From Bacilli bacterium (lineage in GTDB: Bacteria; Bacillota_I; Bacilli_A; ML615J-28; CAG-698), in the NCBI GenBank assembly GCA_050953065.1, contig JBMNLZ010000002.1:192001-256000 (forward strand): a stretch of 64,000 bases of DNA, written 5' to 3'. Positions 1-8,890 of this stretch are shown here, piece after piece (position 1 is the stretch's first letter; the number at the start of each line of letters is the position of its first letter). Made by a program: the position numbers and the translations under genes. A model generated the notes under the pieces. The model was given only the letters and a program-made list of their open reading frames with translations, did no database searches and was not told the origin of the DNA.

Positions 1-2
1 TG

Positions 3-884
3 ATGATTACTATCTTTTTAATCACTAATTTAGCAATTTTAGCGGGATTTTTGGCTTTTATTTTAGCTTTAATTTTGATTTCAAAAGTTCCAATTTCTAA
101 GTTTATTAATAGTTTAAAATTTATATTTGTGATGCTTATTTTTACAATTATTTTTCAGTTATTATTTAATACAGGTGGTGCACTTTTAATAGGCTTTAAT
201 TTTAGTTTAACTTACATTAATTTAAGTATTATAATTATTATTTTATTTTTATATTTTTTATCAAAAAAAATTATTAGAAAATATCGTTTTTCACTTTTCT
301 TAATAATCTTTTTAGGTTCTTTTGTAATTCAATATTATTTAAATATTGGTCCAAAAATTGTTGATTATAATATTAGTATTTATGAACAAGGTTTCTTAAT
401 GTCTACAAAGATAATTTTAAGGATTATTTGTTTGATTTTTATTTCTGCTTTACTAACTTTAACAACAAAACCAACTGATTTAAATAATGGGTTAGAATCT
501 CTTTTTACACCATTAAAAATCATAAGAGTTAATACAAGTATTTTAGCGATGATGATTTCAATTGCTTTAAGATTTATTCCAACATTAATTAACGAAGCTA
601 GTAAGATTTTAAAAGCTCAAGCATCTCGTGGAGTAGACTTTGTAGAAGGCAGACTTAAAGATAAAATTAATCAAATTATTGCTTTATTAATCCCAATGTT
701 TGTTATTGCTTATAAAAGAGCAGAGGATTTAGCCTATGCAATGGAGGCTAGAGGCTATATTCCAGGTGAAAAGCGTACTAAAATAAGTGAACTTAAATAT
801 AAGGTAAGTGATTGGATAATCTTTGGTTTTTGTCTTATTTTACTTGGAGTATTTATTTATTTGAAAGTTGAATATAAAATATGA
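3..884 (+). CDS. ecfT: Energy-coupling factor transporter transmembrane component T (5' end probably outside the window)
   Basis: Multi-TM protein with LTLTTKP, IALRFIPTL, AQASRG and AMEARGY motifs; precedes truA as in the usual ecfA-ecfT-truA operon. Confidence 0.92.
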   Translation: MITIFLITNLAILAGFLAFILALILISKVPISKFINSLKFIFVMLIFTIIFQLLFNTGGALLIGFNFSLTYINLSIIIIILFLYFLSKKIIRKYRFSLFLIIFLGSFVIQYYLNIGPKIVDYNISIYEQGFLMSTKIILRIICLIFISALLTLTTKPTDLNNGLESLFTPLKIIRVNTSILAMMISIALRFIPTLINEASKILKAQASRGVDFVEGRLKDKINQIIALLIPMFVIAYKRAEDLAYAMEARGYIPGEKRTKISELKYKVSDWIIFGFCLILLGVFIYLKVEYKI

Positions 885-1609
885 GATTTAAATGCACTGT
901 TAAGTATGATGGAACACTATTTCATGGGTTTCAAGTTCAAAAAAACTTAAGAACTGTTCAAGCAGAAATTGAAAAGGTATTATTAATAATAAACAAGAAG
1001 AAAACAATACTTTATGCATCAGGAAGAACAGATGCTGGAGTTCATGCTTTAGCGCAAGTTTTTCATTTTGATACTGCTATAAAAATGAAACCAAGCAATT
1101 TAAAGAATGCTTTAAATTCTAGGCTTCCAAAAGATATTTATATTACTGAAGTTGAAGAAGTAAATGATGATTTTCACGCAAGGTTTTCTGCAGTCTCAAA
1201 AGAGTATCATTATTTAATTGAAACAGGTGAATATGATCCTTTATTAAAAAATTATAGATTTTTTTATAAGTATAATAATTTAGATGTTTCTTTAATGAAA
1301 GAAGCAGCTAAAATCTTTATCGGAAAACATGATTTTTCTAGCTTCACAAAAAATCACACTTTAGACGATTTAGAAAGAGAAATTTTTTCGCTTGAAATTG
1401 AAGAAAAAAACAGCCTTTTAATCCTAAAATTTAGAGCAAATGGCTTCCTTCACAACATGGTCAGAATTTTGGCTGCAATGTTAATAGAGGTCGGAAGATA
1501 TAAATACTCTCTTTCGGAATTAAAATACATTCTAGGGCAAAAAAACCGCAAATTAGCCCCAAAGATTTTGCCATCATCGGGGCTATACCTTTATAAAGTT
1601 TATTACTAG
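881..1609 (+). CDS. truA: tRNA pseudouridine(38-40) synthase
   Basis: YDGTLFHGFQ, SGRTDAGVHA, FHARF, GFLHNMVR motifs. Confidence 0.97.
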   Translation: MRFKCTVKYDGTLFHGFQVQKNLRTVQAEIEKVLLIINKKKTILYASGRTDAGVHALAQVFHFDTAIKMKPSNLKNALNSRLPKDIYITEVEEVNDDFHARFSAVSKEYHYLIETGEYDPLLKNYRFFYKYNNLDVSLMKEAAKIFIGKHDFSSFTKNHTLDDLEREIFSLEIEEKNSLLILKFRANGFLHNMVRILAAMLIEVGRYKYSLSELKYILGQKNRKLAPKILPSSGLYLYKVYY

Positions 1610-1738
1610 TGAAAAAAAGCCAAAATTTGCGTTTTTTTAAAAAGTGTTAAATTGATAAAAAAATGAATAAAAAATAAAAAGCTTACTTTTACAAAGAAAA
1701 ATAAGCTTTTTTTGATTCTAAATTTAAGGGTATAAAAA

Positions 1739-2632
1739 TTAAGAAATTTGTGTTTTATTTGCTTGATGTTGTTTAATTCTTTTTTTGATTCCAGCATACA
1801 TAATAACAAACACTAAAATGATTAAGTTTAGTAATACAATTGTGGCTCCAGTAGGCCATCCTGCGTAGTAACTAAAAACAAACCCGCAAACAATCGAAAC
1901 TTCTGAAATTATAATTGAAATGATAATTGTTTTTGTAAAACTATCGCCAATTAAAATTGCGGTTGCGATTGGGACGATTAATAAGGCTGAAATTAATAAA
2001 ACTCCTATCGTATCTATGAAGATAGAAATAACAATTGCTAGGATAATTGTTAGTAGTGTTTGCATTGCTTTTACGTTAAGCCCGCAAACTTGTGCGTATC
2101 TTTCATCAAAACATAGTTGTACAATCTGTTTATAGAAGAAAACTGCAATTAAAATGATTGAAACTGTAATAATTATAATAGTAATTAATAATTTTAAGGA
2201 AACGTTATATATATTTCCAAATAATAACTGATTTGTAAGGTTAGAAGTACCTCCACCACTTAAGGAAATAAATAAACTACTAAGGCCAACTCCTAGTGAT
2301 AAAACAATAGGCATGGACAATTCTTTATAGTTTTTATAAAGACCTCTAAGTTTTTCAATTAGAAAAGTACCACCAATTGAGAAAATTACCCCTAAAACGA
2401 TAGGGTCTAGAAACTTTATCATTACAATTTTAGATAAATAAACTCCAATACAAACTCCTGCTAGTGAAAAGTGACTTAAGGTATCAGCGATAAAAGATAA
2501 ACGTTTTATAACAACTACAGTCCCAAGAAGTGGAGCTAATATACCGATTAAAATAGCTGCGATAAAAGGCCATCTTATCCATTCTTTTTCAATCAATAAA
2601 GAGAAGAAATTTAAAATTAAAATATGGTTCAT
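1739..2632 (-). CDS. Zn/Mn ABC transporter permease (ZnuB-like)
   Basis: DTLSHFSLAG, LLFGNI, GVLLISALLIVP, PTGATIV motifs; multi-TM. Confidence 0.9.
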   Translation of the reverse strand: MNHILILNFFSLLIEKEWIRWPFIAAILIGILAPLLGTVVVIKRLSFIADTLSHFSLAGVCIGVYLSKIVMIKFLDPIVLGVIFSIGGTFLIEKLRGLYKNYKELSMPIVLSLGVGLSSLFISLSGGGTSNLTNQLLFGNIYNVSLKLLITIIIITVSIILIAVFFYKQIVQLCFDERYAQVCGLNVKAMQTLLTIILAIVISIFIDTIGVLLISALLIVPIATAILIGDSFTKTIIISIIISEVSIVCGFVFSYYAGWPTGATIVLLNLIILVFVIMYAGIKKRIKQHQANKTQIS

Positions 2633-3276
2633 TATTTTTCTCCTGCTTTCTTAAAAGAATAAGTTAGCGAATCATCTAAGAATAAATAATAATCACTTAA
2701 ACCTTCAACGAATTTTATATCGTGGCTAATTAAAATAATAGTTATTTTTTCTTCTTTTAATTCTTTTAATATTTGATAAACAGCTTTCATGTTTTCAATA
2801 TCAACTCCAACTGTTGGTTCATCTAGAATTAAGAGTTTAGGTTTTGTTAGTAAAGCACGAGCAATAAAGATTCTTTGGATTTGTCCGCCTGATAAATTAT
2901 TAATGTTTTCATTCATTATTTTTGTTAGGTCTAATCTATTAACAATTTCATCAAAAAGTTCATCTTTTTTATGATTATAAAATGAAGTTAAAATTTCAGA
3001 AACTGTGATTGGAAATTCGTAATTAAAATTATCTTTTTGAGGAACATATCCAATGTTTCTGAAACGTTTAATGTCATTTACATCAATATCATCTAAAAAA
3101 ATCATGGAATTTGGGATCTTAACAAGCTTTAAAAGACACTTTATAAAGGTTGTTTTACCGCTTCCGTTTTTACCGAATATTGTTAAAAAATCTCCGCTTG
3201 CAAGCGAAAATGAAATGTCATTTAGTATTAATTTTTGAGTATAACCGAAGGTAAGATTATTAACATTTACTCTCAA
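2632..3276 (-). CDS. Zn/Mn ABC transporter ATP-binding protein (ZnuC-like)
   Basis: GKNGSGKT, IGYVPQ, LSGGQ, LILDEP, SHD; TTG start with GAGGTG SD. Confidence 0.9.
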   Translation of the reverse strand: MRVNVNNLTFGYTQKLILNDISFSLASGDFLTIFGKNGSGKTTFIKCLLKLVKIPNSMIFLDDIDVNDIKRFRNIGYVPQKDNFNYEFPITVSEILTSFYNHKKDELFDEIVNRLDLTKIMNENINNLSGGQIQRIFIARALLTKPKLLILDEPTVGVDIENMKAVYQILKELKEEKITIILISHDIKFVEGLSDYYLFLDDSLTYSFKKAGEK

Positions 3277-3407
3277 AGTAAGTCACCACCTCAAAATAAT
3301 TTTACCATAATGAGTATATTATCTCAAGTATTAAAAAAAACATTTATTTTTTTAACCAAATGTGAGATAATAGACAAGAGGTAAAATTTTAAACAGGAGA
3401 TAAAAAA

Positions 3408-4031
3408 ATGTCTAAAGGAATTTTTATTACATTTGAAGGCGGAGAAGGTAGTGGGAAGACTACATTAATCCAATTAATAAAGGAACATTTAGAAAGCCTA
3501 AATTATAAAGTTGTTTCAACTAGAGAACCAGGTGGAGGTAGAATAGCTGAGGCGATTAGAAATATCATTTTAGATGTTAATAATCCTGATATGGATTATA
3601 AAACTGAAGCCTTACTTTATGCTAGCAGTAGACGTCAACATTTAGTTGATGTTGTCAAGCCAGCTTTAGAAAAGGGTTGTGTAGTTTTATGCGATAGATA
3701 TCTTGATAGTTCGCTTGCCTATCAAGGTTATGCAAGAGGGTTAGGGATAAAAGAAGTCTATAAAGTTAATCAATATGCAACAGAAGGAATCTTGCCTAAA
3801 ATAACTTTCTTTATAGATGTAGCTCCAGAGGTTGGATTATCTAGAATAAAGAAAAATAATCGTGATGAAAATAGACTTGATATTGAAAAAATAACTTTTC
3901 ATGAAGCAGTCTATAAGGGTTATAAAATAGTTGCTAAAAAATTCAAAAAAAGAATCCATGTTATTGATGGAGCACGTGATATAAATGAAGTGTATAAGGA
4001 TATTATTAAAATAATTCTTGAAAAAATTTAA
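3408..4031 (+). CDS. tmk: Thymidylate kinase
   Basis: FITFEGGEGSGKTT, TREPGG, CDRYLDSSLAYQG. Confidence 0.97.
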   Translation: MSKGIFITFEGGEGSGKTTLIQLIKEHLESLNYKVVSTREPGGGRIAEAIRNIILDVNNPDMDYKTEALLYASSRRQHLVDVVKPALEKGCVVLCDRYLDSSLAYQGYARGLGIKEVYKVNQYATEGILPKITFFIDVAPEVGLSRIKKNNRDENRLDIEKITFHEAVYKGYKIVAKKFKKRIHVIDGARDINEVYKDIIKIILEKI

Positions 4032-4042
4032 GGGAGAATAAA

Positions 4043-5029
4043 ATGAATTTTGATGATTTAAAAAATAATCAAAAGGAAGTAATAAGATTACTTGAAAATA
4101 CAGTCGAAAAAGAAAGACTAGTTCATACATATTTATTTGAAGGAGTTAAAGGAACTCCTAAAATAGAAGCAGCCTATTATTTAGCAATGCTTATATTATG
4201 TGAAGAATTAACAGATAAAAAACCATGCTTAAAATGTAGGCAATGTGTTAATGCAATGGCTGAGAATAATATTAATATATATGTAGTAAGGCCTGATAAA
4301 GAAACAATTAAAAAAGAGCAGATTAGAGATTTAGAATATGAGTTTGCTCATAGTGCACTTGAAGGTGGAAAAAGAGTTTTTATCATTGAAGATATTGATA
4401 AAGCAACTTTAGAAGCTGCCAATTCACTTTTAAAATTCTTAGAAGAATCAAATGATTCTAATTATGGTATACTAATAACAGATAATATTCAAAAAGTTTT
4501 ACTAACTATTAAATCAAGAAGTCAAGTGATTAGTTTTAGAGAAGTCCCTCGTGCAACATTAATTAATGAATTAGAAAAAGAGGGTATTCCAAGAGAAGAT
4601 GCTACAATTTATGCTAGTATAACAAACGATTTAAAAGAAGCATTAGAATATCATACAGATAGTAAAGTAAAACAAATTATAGAATTAGTAAAAGAAATAG
4701 GAAGAGTTTTAATTTTAAGAAGTAGAAGTGCTACAGTTGTTTTATTTAAAAATGGAGTTTTTTTATTAAAAGAACAACTAAAAAAATATCATTATATATT
4801 TGTTGATTTATTGATTGTTCATTTAAATGATCAATTATTAAGTTTATCTGATCAAAAAGATAAAATGATCTTTTATGAAGATATTTCAAAAATTGATAAT
4901 TATATTATTAATGATATTGCTAAGACTAGTCGTTTAATTGAAAAATTATTTGAATTTAGAAATAGACTAAATTATAATGTAAATATTGAATTAATGTATT
5001 GTCAAATGTTAGAAGAAATTGCGAGGTAA
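4043..5029 (+). CDS. holB: DNA polymerase III subunit delta'
   Basis: HTYLFEG, Zn-binding Cys cluster (C...PCLKCRQC), AANSLLKFLEE, TIKSR; synteny with tmk. Confidence 0.92.
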   Translation: MNFDDLKNNQKEVIRLLENTVEKERLVHTYLFEGVKGTPKIEAAYYLAMLILCEELTDKKPCLKCRQCVNAMAENNINIYVVRPDKETIKKEQIRDLEYEFAHSALEGGKRVFIIEDIDKATLEAANSLLKFLEESNDSNYGILITDNIQKVLLTIKSRSQVISFREVPRATLINELEKEGIPREDATIYASITNDLKEALEYHTDSKVKQIIELVKEIGRVLILRSRSATVVLFKNGVFLLKEQLKKYHYIFVDLLIVHLNDQLLSLSDQKDKMIFYEDISKIDNYIINDIAKTSRLIEKLFEFRNRLNYNVNIELMYCQMLEEIAR

Positions 5030-5031
5030 TT

Positions 5032-6030
5032 ATGGTAAAAGTTGTTGGCATCGGGTTTAAAGAGGTTGGAAAAATATATTGGTTTGATCCTAAAAACTTT
5101 CAACTTAAAAAAGGTGATAATGTTATAGTAGAAACAGTTCGTGGAATTGAAATTGGTGAGGTAATTGAAGATATTAAAGAAGTTGATGAGAAATCTTTAG
5201 AACATGAGTTAAAACCGATAATGAGAATTGCATCACAAAAAGATATTGAAAGACAAAAAGAAAATGAAGCTCAAGCATTAAAAGATAATGAAGTATGTAA
5301 AAAATTAATTGCAGAACATAATCTTGAAATGAAACTTTTGGGTTGTGAATATACTTTAGATAGACAAAAGATTATTATCTATTATAATGCAGAAGGTAGA
5401 ATTGATTTTAGAGAACTATTAAAAGATTTAGCAGCTAACTTTAGAGCACGAATTGAGCTACGCCAAATCGGCCCAAGAGAAGGTGCTAAGATAGTTGGTG
5501 GGATTGGGACTTGTGGAAGATGTCTATGTTGTACAACTCACATTAGAGATTTTGATGTAGTTTCAATGAAGATGGCCAAAGATCAAGGCATGAATTTAAG
5601 TTCAAATAAAATTACTGGAGTTTGTGGGAAACTGATGTGTTGTATAGCTTATGAGTTTCCTATATATGAGGAATTGAGAAAAACAATTCCAGGTGTTGGT
5701 GAGATTGTAGATACACCAGATTGTGAAGGGTGTAAAGTTTCTGCAGTTAACTATGTTAGTAAAAAGGTAACTGTAGTTAATGAAGATAAACAACAAACTT
5801 TTGATGCAAAAGAAGTAGTTAGAAAAAATAAACCGCATCATCATGAAAAGAAAGAAAAAGAAGAAAAAGAAGAACAGGATACAAAAGAAACTCTAACTGC
5901 TAAAGATAATCAACCTCAAATGCCAAAACAAAACCCAAATCAAAAGAATAAACAAAATCCAAATAAAAAAAATAAAAAACACAAACAAAAAAAACCAAAG
6001 GGAAAAAATGAGCCAAGAAATAATTCATGA
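5032..6030 (+). CDS. ricT: RicT/YaaT (PSP1 domain) protein with Lys/Asn/Gln-rich C-terminal tail
   Basis: RIELRQIGPR, GGIGTCGRCLCC, CGKLMCC; start placed at ATG 5032 after GAGG SD. Confidence 0.92.
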   Translation: MVKVVGIGFKEVGKIYWFDPKNFQLKKGDNVIVETVRGIEIGEVIEDIKEVDEKSLEHELKPIMRIASQKDIERQKENEAQALKDNEVCKKLIAEHNLEMKLLGCEYTLDRQKIIIYYNAEGRIDFRELLKDLAANFRARIELRQIGPREGAKIVGGIGTCGRCLCCTTHIRDFDVVSMKMAKDQGMNLSSNKITGVCGKLMCCIAYEFPIYEELRKTIPGVGEIVDTPDCEGCKVSAVNYVSKKVTVVNEDKQQTFDAKEVVRKNKPHHHEKKEKEEKEEQDTKETLTAKDNQPQMPKQNPNQKNKQNPNKKNKKHKQKKPKGKNEPRNNS

Positions 6031-6751
6031 GCTATTAGGGTATGATTACATTAAAATAGTCCAGCGCCCTGATATGTTTAACTTTTCGCTAGATTCTATT
6101 CTATTAGCTGATTTTGTTGAAGTTAAAAAAAGTGTTAAAAAGATTGTTGATTTAGGGTGTGGGAATGCTCCTATTCCACTTTTCTTAACCCTAAAAACAA
6201 AGGCCTTAATTTATGGGGTTGAAATTCAAAAAGATGTTTATGAGTTAGCACTTAAAAGTGTTAAACTAAATAACTTAGAAAACCAAATTAAAATTATTAA
6301 TGCGGATTTAAAAGATATTTATAAACAAATTAATCCTAATGAATTTGAAATAGTTATTTCAAATCCTCCTTATTTTAAATATTTACCAAGTAGTAATACA
6401 AATAAGAATGATTATTTAACTATTGCTCGTCATGAGGTTTTAGCCTCATTAGAAGATATAATAATAGAGGCTAAAAAATTGCTTGTTGATAGAGGCCAGT
6501 TTTATTTGATTCATCGAGCAGAGAGATTATCTGAGATTATGATTCTTTTAAATAAATATAAGTTTAGTATCAAAAAATTAAGATTTGTTTATCCTAAAAA
6601 AGATGATAAAGAAGCCTTGCTAGTTTTAGTTGAAGCAAGATTAAATGCTAGTGAAGGACTAAAGGTTATTAAACCTTTATATGTTTATGAGGAAGAAAAT
6701 GTTTATTCTAAAGAAGTTGAAAAAATATTTAATTTCCCTAAACAAAAATAA
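6008..6751 (+). CDS. tRNA1(Val) adenine(37)-N6 methyltransferase (YabB-like)
   Basis: FSLDSILLA, DLGCGNA, NPPYF, ARHE motifs; synteny. Confidence 0.9.
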   Translation: MSQEIIHELLGYDYIKIVQRPDMFNFSLDSILLADFVEVKKSVKKIVDLGCGNAPIPLFLTLKTKALIYGVEIQKDVYELALKSVKLNNLENQIKIINADLKDIYKQINPNEFEIVISNPPYFKYLPSSNTNKNDYLTIARHEVLASLEDIIIEAKKLLVDRGQFYLIHRAERLSEIMILLNKYKFSIKKLRFVYPKKDDKEALLVLVEARLNASEGLKVIKPLYVYEEENVYSKEVEKIFNFPKQK

Positions 6752-6791
6752 AGTAATATGATATAATTGATAATAAGGAGAGTGAAATTTT

Positions 6792-7196
6792 ATGTATTTA
6801 AGTCTTTTATCAAAAGAAGAAAAGTTTCATTTTATTGATTTACTAATTAAGGTTGTTTCAATTGATGGTGGAACTAATGAAACTGAATTACAAGTTATTA
6901 ATCGTTTAAAATATGAAATGGGTGAAGATGTTAATAAATATAAGAAAAGCAATGCAACAGTTGAAGAATTAATTAAGTATTTTTCTGAAAAAACAAAAAT
7001 TACTAAAAATGTTGTTTACATGAATTTAGTTAGTGCTTCAATTTTTGATGATTCTTATAGTGTTGAAGAACATCTATTATTAGAACAAATCCAAGAAGCA
7101 TTAGAGATAAACGATAAAGTAAAAGCTGAATTAATGCGTGTTATCTATGCTGAAAGAGATTTAAGAAATAAAGCATTAAAGGCGATTAGCGGATGA
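6792..7196 (+). CDS. TerB-like helical protein
   Basis: Repeated 'DG...E...I' / 'DD.Y..EE..LL..I' pattern typical of TerB fold; AAGGAG SD. Confidence 0.55.
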   Translation: MYLSLLSKEEKFHFIDLLIKVVSIDGGTNETELQVINRLKYEMGEDVNKYKKSNATVEELIKYFSEKTKITKNVVYMNLVSASIFDDSYSVEEHLLLEQIQEALEINDKVKAELMRVIYAERDLRNKALKAISG

Positions 7197-8047
7197 TTAT
7201 ACAAAAGTCGAATTTAAATGATAAACAAACTCTATATATTGTAGCAACTCCAATTGGGAATTTAAACGATATGACCTATAGAGGGGTTATGATATTAAAA
7301 GAGGTCAGTTTTATCTTTGCAGAAGACACTAGAGTGACTAAGGGATTACTTAGTCATTTTAATATTAGTACGCCTTTAATTAGTTGCCATGAATATAATG
7401 AAGAAGAAAGAATAAGTTTGATTAAAGAAAAATTAAGAAGTAATTTAAATGTAGCACTAGTAAGTGATGCTGGGATGCCTTTAATAAGTGACCCAGGATA
7501 TAAAATAGTAAAAGCAGTGCTTGATGAAGGATTTAATGTTGTAAGTTTGCCGGGCGCTAATGCCTTTTTAACAGCACTAGTAGCATCAGGTCTATCAACT
7601 GATAAGTTTTTATTTTATGGATTTTTAGACCATAAAAATACTAAAAAAGAAAAAGAGTTAACATCATTAGTTGATTATAAAGAAACTTTAATCTTTTATG
7701 AATCTCCTTTAAGATTAAAAGATACTCTTATATTAATAAAAAAAGTGATGGGAAATAGAAGTGTTGTTGTAGCACGTGAGTTGACTAAAAAGTATGAAGA
7801 ATATATTAGAGGTTCAGTTAGTGAAGTGCTTGATGTGCTTGATAATATTAAAGGAGAAATTGTTTTATTAGTAGAAGGTGCCAAAGAAGATAGCATTTTA
7901 AAAGAATTAAATGATAAATCAATTATTGAACATTATGAATTTTATTTACTTCAAAATTTAGAAACAATGGATGCGATGAAGAAGGTTGCTAAAGATAGAG
8001 GAATTTCAAAAAGTGAAGTATATGCGATGGTAAAAAAGAAAAATTAA
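7193..8047 (+). CDS. rsmI: 16S rRNA cytidine(1402)-2'-O-methyltransferase
   Basis: LYIVATPIGNL, AEDTR, VSDAGMPLISDPG, ARELTKKYEE. Confidence 0.97.
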   Translation: MIIQKSNLNDKQTLYIVATPIGNLNDMTYRGVMILKEVSFIFAEDTRVTKGLLSHFNISTPLISCHEYNEEERISLIKEKLRSNLNVALVSDAGMPLISDPGYKIVKAVLDEGFNVVSLPGANAFLTALVASGLSTDKFLFYGFLDHKNTKKEKELTSLVDYKETLIFYESPLRLKDTLILIKKVMGNRSVVVARELTKKYEEYIRGSVSEVLDVLDNIKGEIVLLVEGAKEDSILKELNDKSIIEHYEFYLLQNLETMDAMKKVAKDRGISKSEVYAMVKKKN

Positions 8048-8048
8048 A

Positions 8049-8166
8049 AACTTTTCTAATTGTAAAGAATTGACTATTTATGTTGAAGCCGAAAACAAAC
8101 CAAGTGCTTGGCATGATGATTGGTGTTGGGCTCCTATACCAGTTGTTTGGGGGATATTCTAAATAA
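8049..8166 (+). pseudogene. Orphan C-terminal cap fragment of a BspA-type LRR protein
   Basis: Translates NFSNCKELTIYVEAENKPSAWHDDWCWAPIPVVWG; no start codon; matches the cap ending ORF 10832-12457. Confidence 0.8.
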
Positions 8167-8247
8167 TTTTAATATTGTCTTTAAAACATTTTGATTATTG
8201 TTATATAAGATGGTATAATAAAGCTATAAAAGAAAGGAATGTTAATT

Positions 8248-8847
8248 ATGAAAAAATTATATTTATTTTTTATGTTTATAGTATTTGCTTTGATTTTTGT
8301 TGGTTGTGAATTTAGTGAAGAAAGCAAACTAGCCTTACAAAAATCTACAGCTGAAATTGCTATAACTCTAAATTTGCCACCTAGCGATAGGAATTCTAAT
8401 TTAGTATATGATTGGGATTCGTTAAACCAAATTGTAGAAGATGCTAAAGCACTGCTAGAAGATGCTCTTACTAAAGAAGAAATTGATAATATTGTAGAAG
8501 AAGCTAAAACTGCTATTGAAGGATATTTATTAAGTGATGAAACTAAAGATTTAATTAAAGAAAAGTTTTTAGAAGAATATGAATATGAACTAGATGCAAG
8601 ATATTATGGTAGGTATAAAAATGCATATGTCTTCTTTATCAACAAATATACTGAAGAAGGTCCTAATGAACCAAAGAATGCAACTATTCAAACTTATACA
8701 TTCCAACATAATGCCGATTGGTTAATGATAGCTTGGGAGACTGATACTTTTTATAATTTAGAAGAAGCAGCAGTTTTTGAAGAAGGAATCCTAACTAAAG
8801 ATGATGTTTATAGAATGTATAGTATTCATCATAATTGGAGAGATTAA
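8248..8847 (+). CDS. Lipoprotein carrying the same C-terminal domain as the repeats in 45988-46755
   Basis: Lipobox FVGC; YYGRY...TF...IAW...FYNL..A.FEEGILTKDD aligns with FLGVY...IF...LVW...ISSL.AAYEQGLLTKEN. Confidence 0.75.
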   Translation: MKKLYLFFMFIVFALIFVGCEFSEESKLALQKSTAEIAITLNLPPSDRNSNLVYDWDSLNQIVEDAKALLEDALTKEEIDNIVEEAKTAIEGYLLSDETKDLIKEKFLEEYEYELDARYYGRYKNAYVFFINKYTEEGPNEPKNATIQTYTFQHNADWLMIAWETDTFYNLEEAAVFEEGILTKDDVYRMYSIHHNWRD

Positions 8848-8860
8848 TAATTAAAATAAG

Positions 8861-8890
8861 AAACAGCATTTCATTTGAAATGCTGTTTTT
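8861..8890. terminator. Bidirectional intrinsic terminator
   Basis: AAACAGCATTTCA-TT-TGAAATGCTGTTT between convergent genes. Confidence 0.85.

Noticed and set aside
5830-6030. A-rich repeats at the ricT 3' end as a phase-variation tract
   Set aside because: The frame is intact and simply encodes a Lys/Asn/Gln-rich disordered tail.
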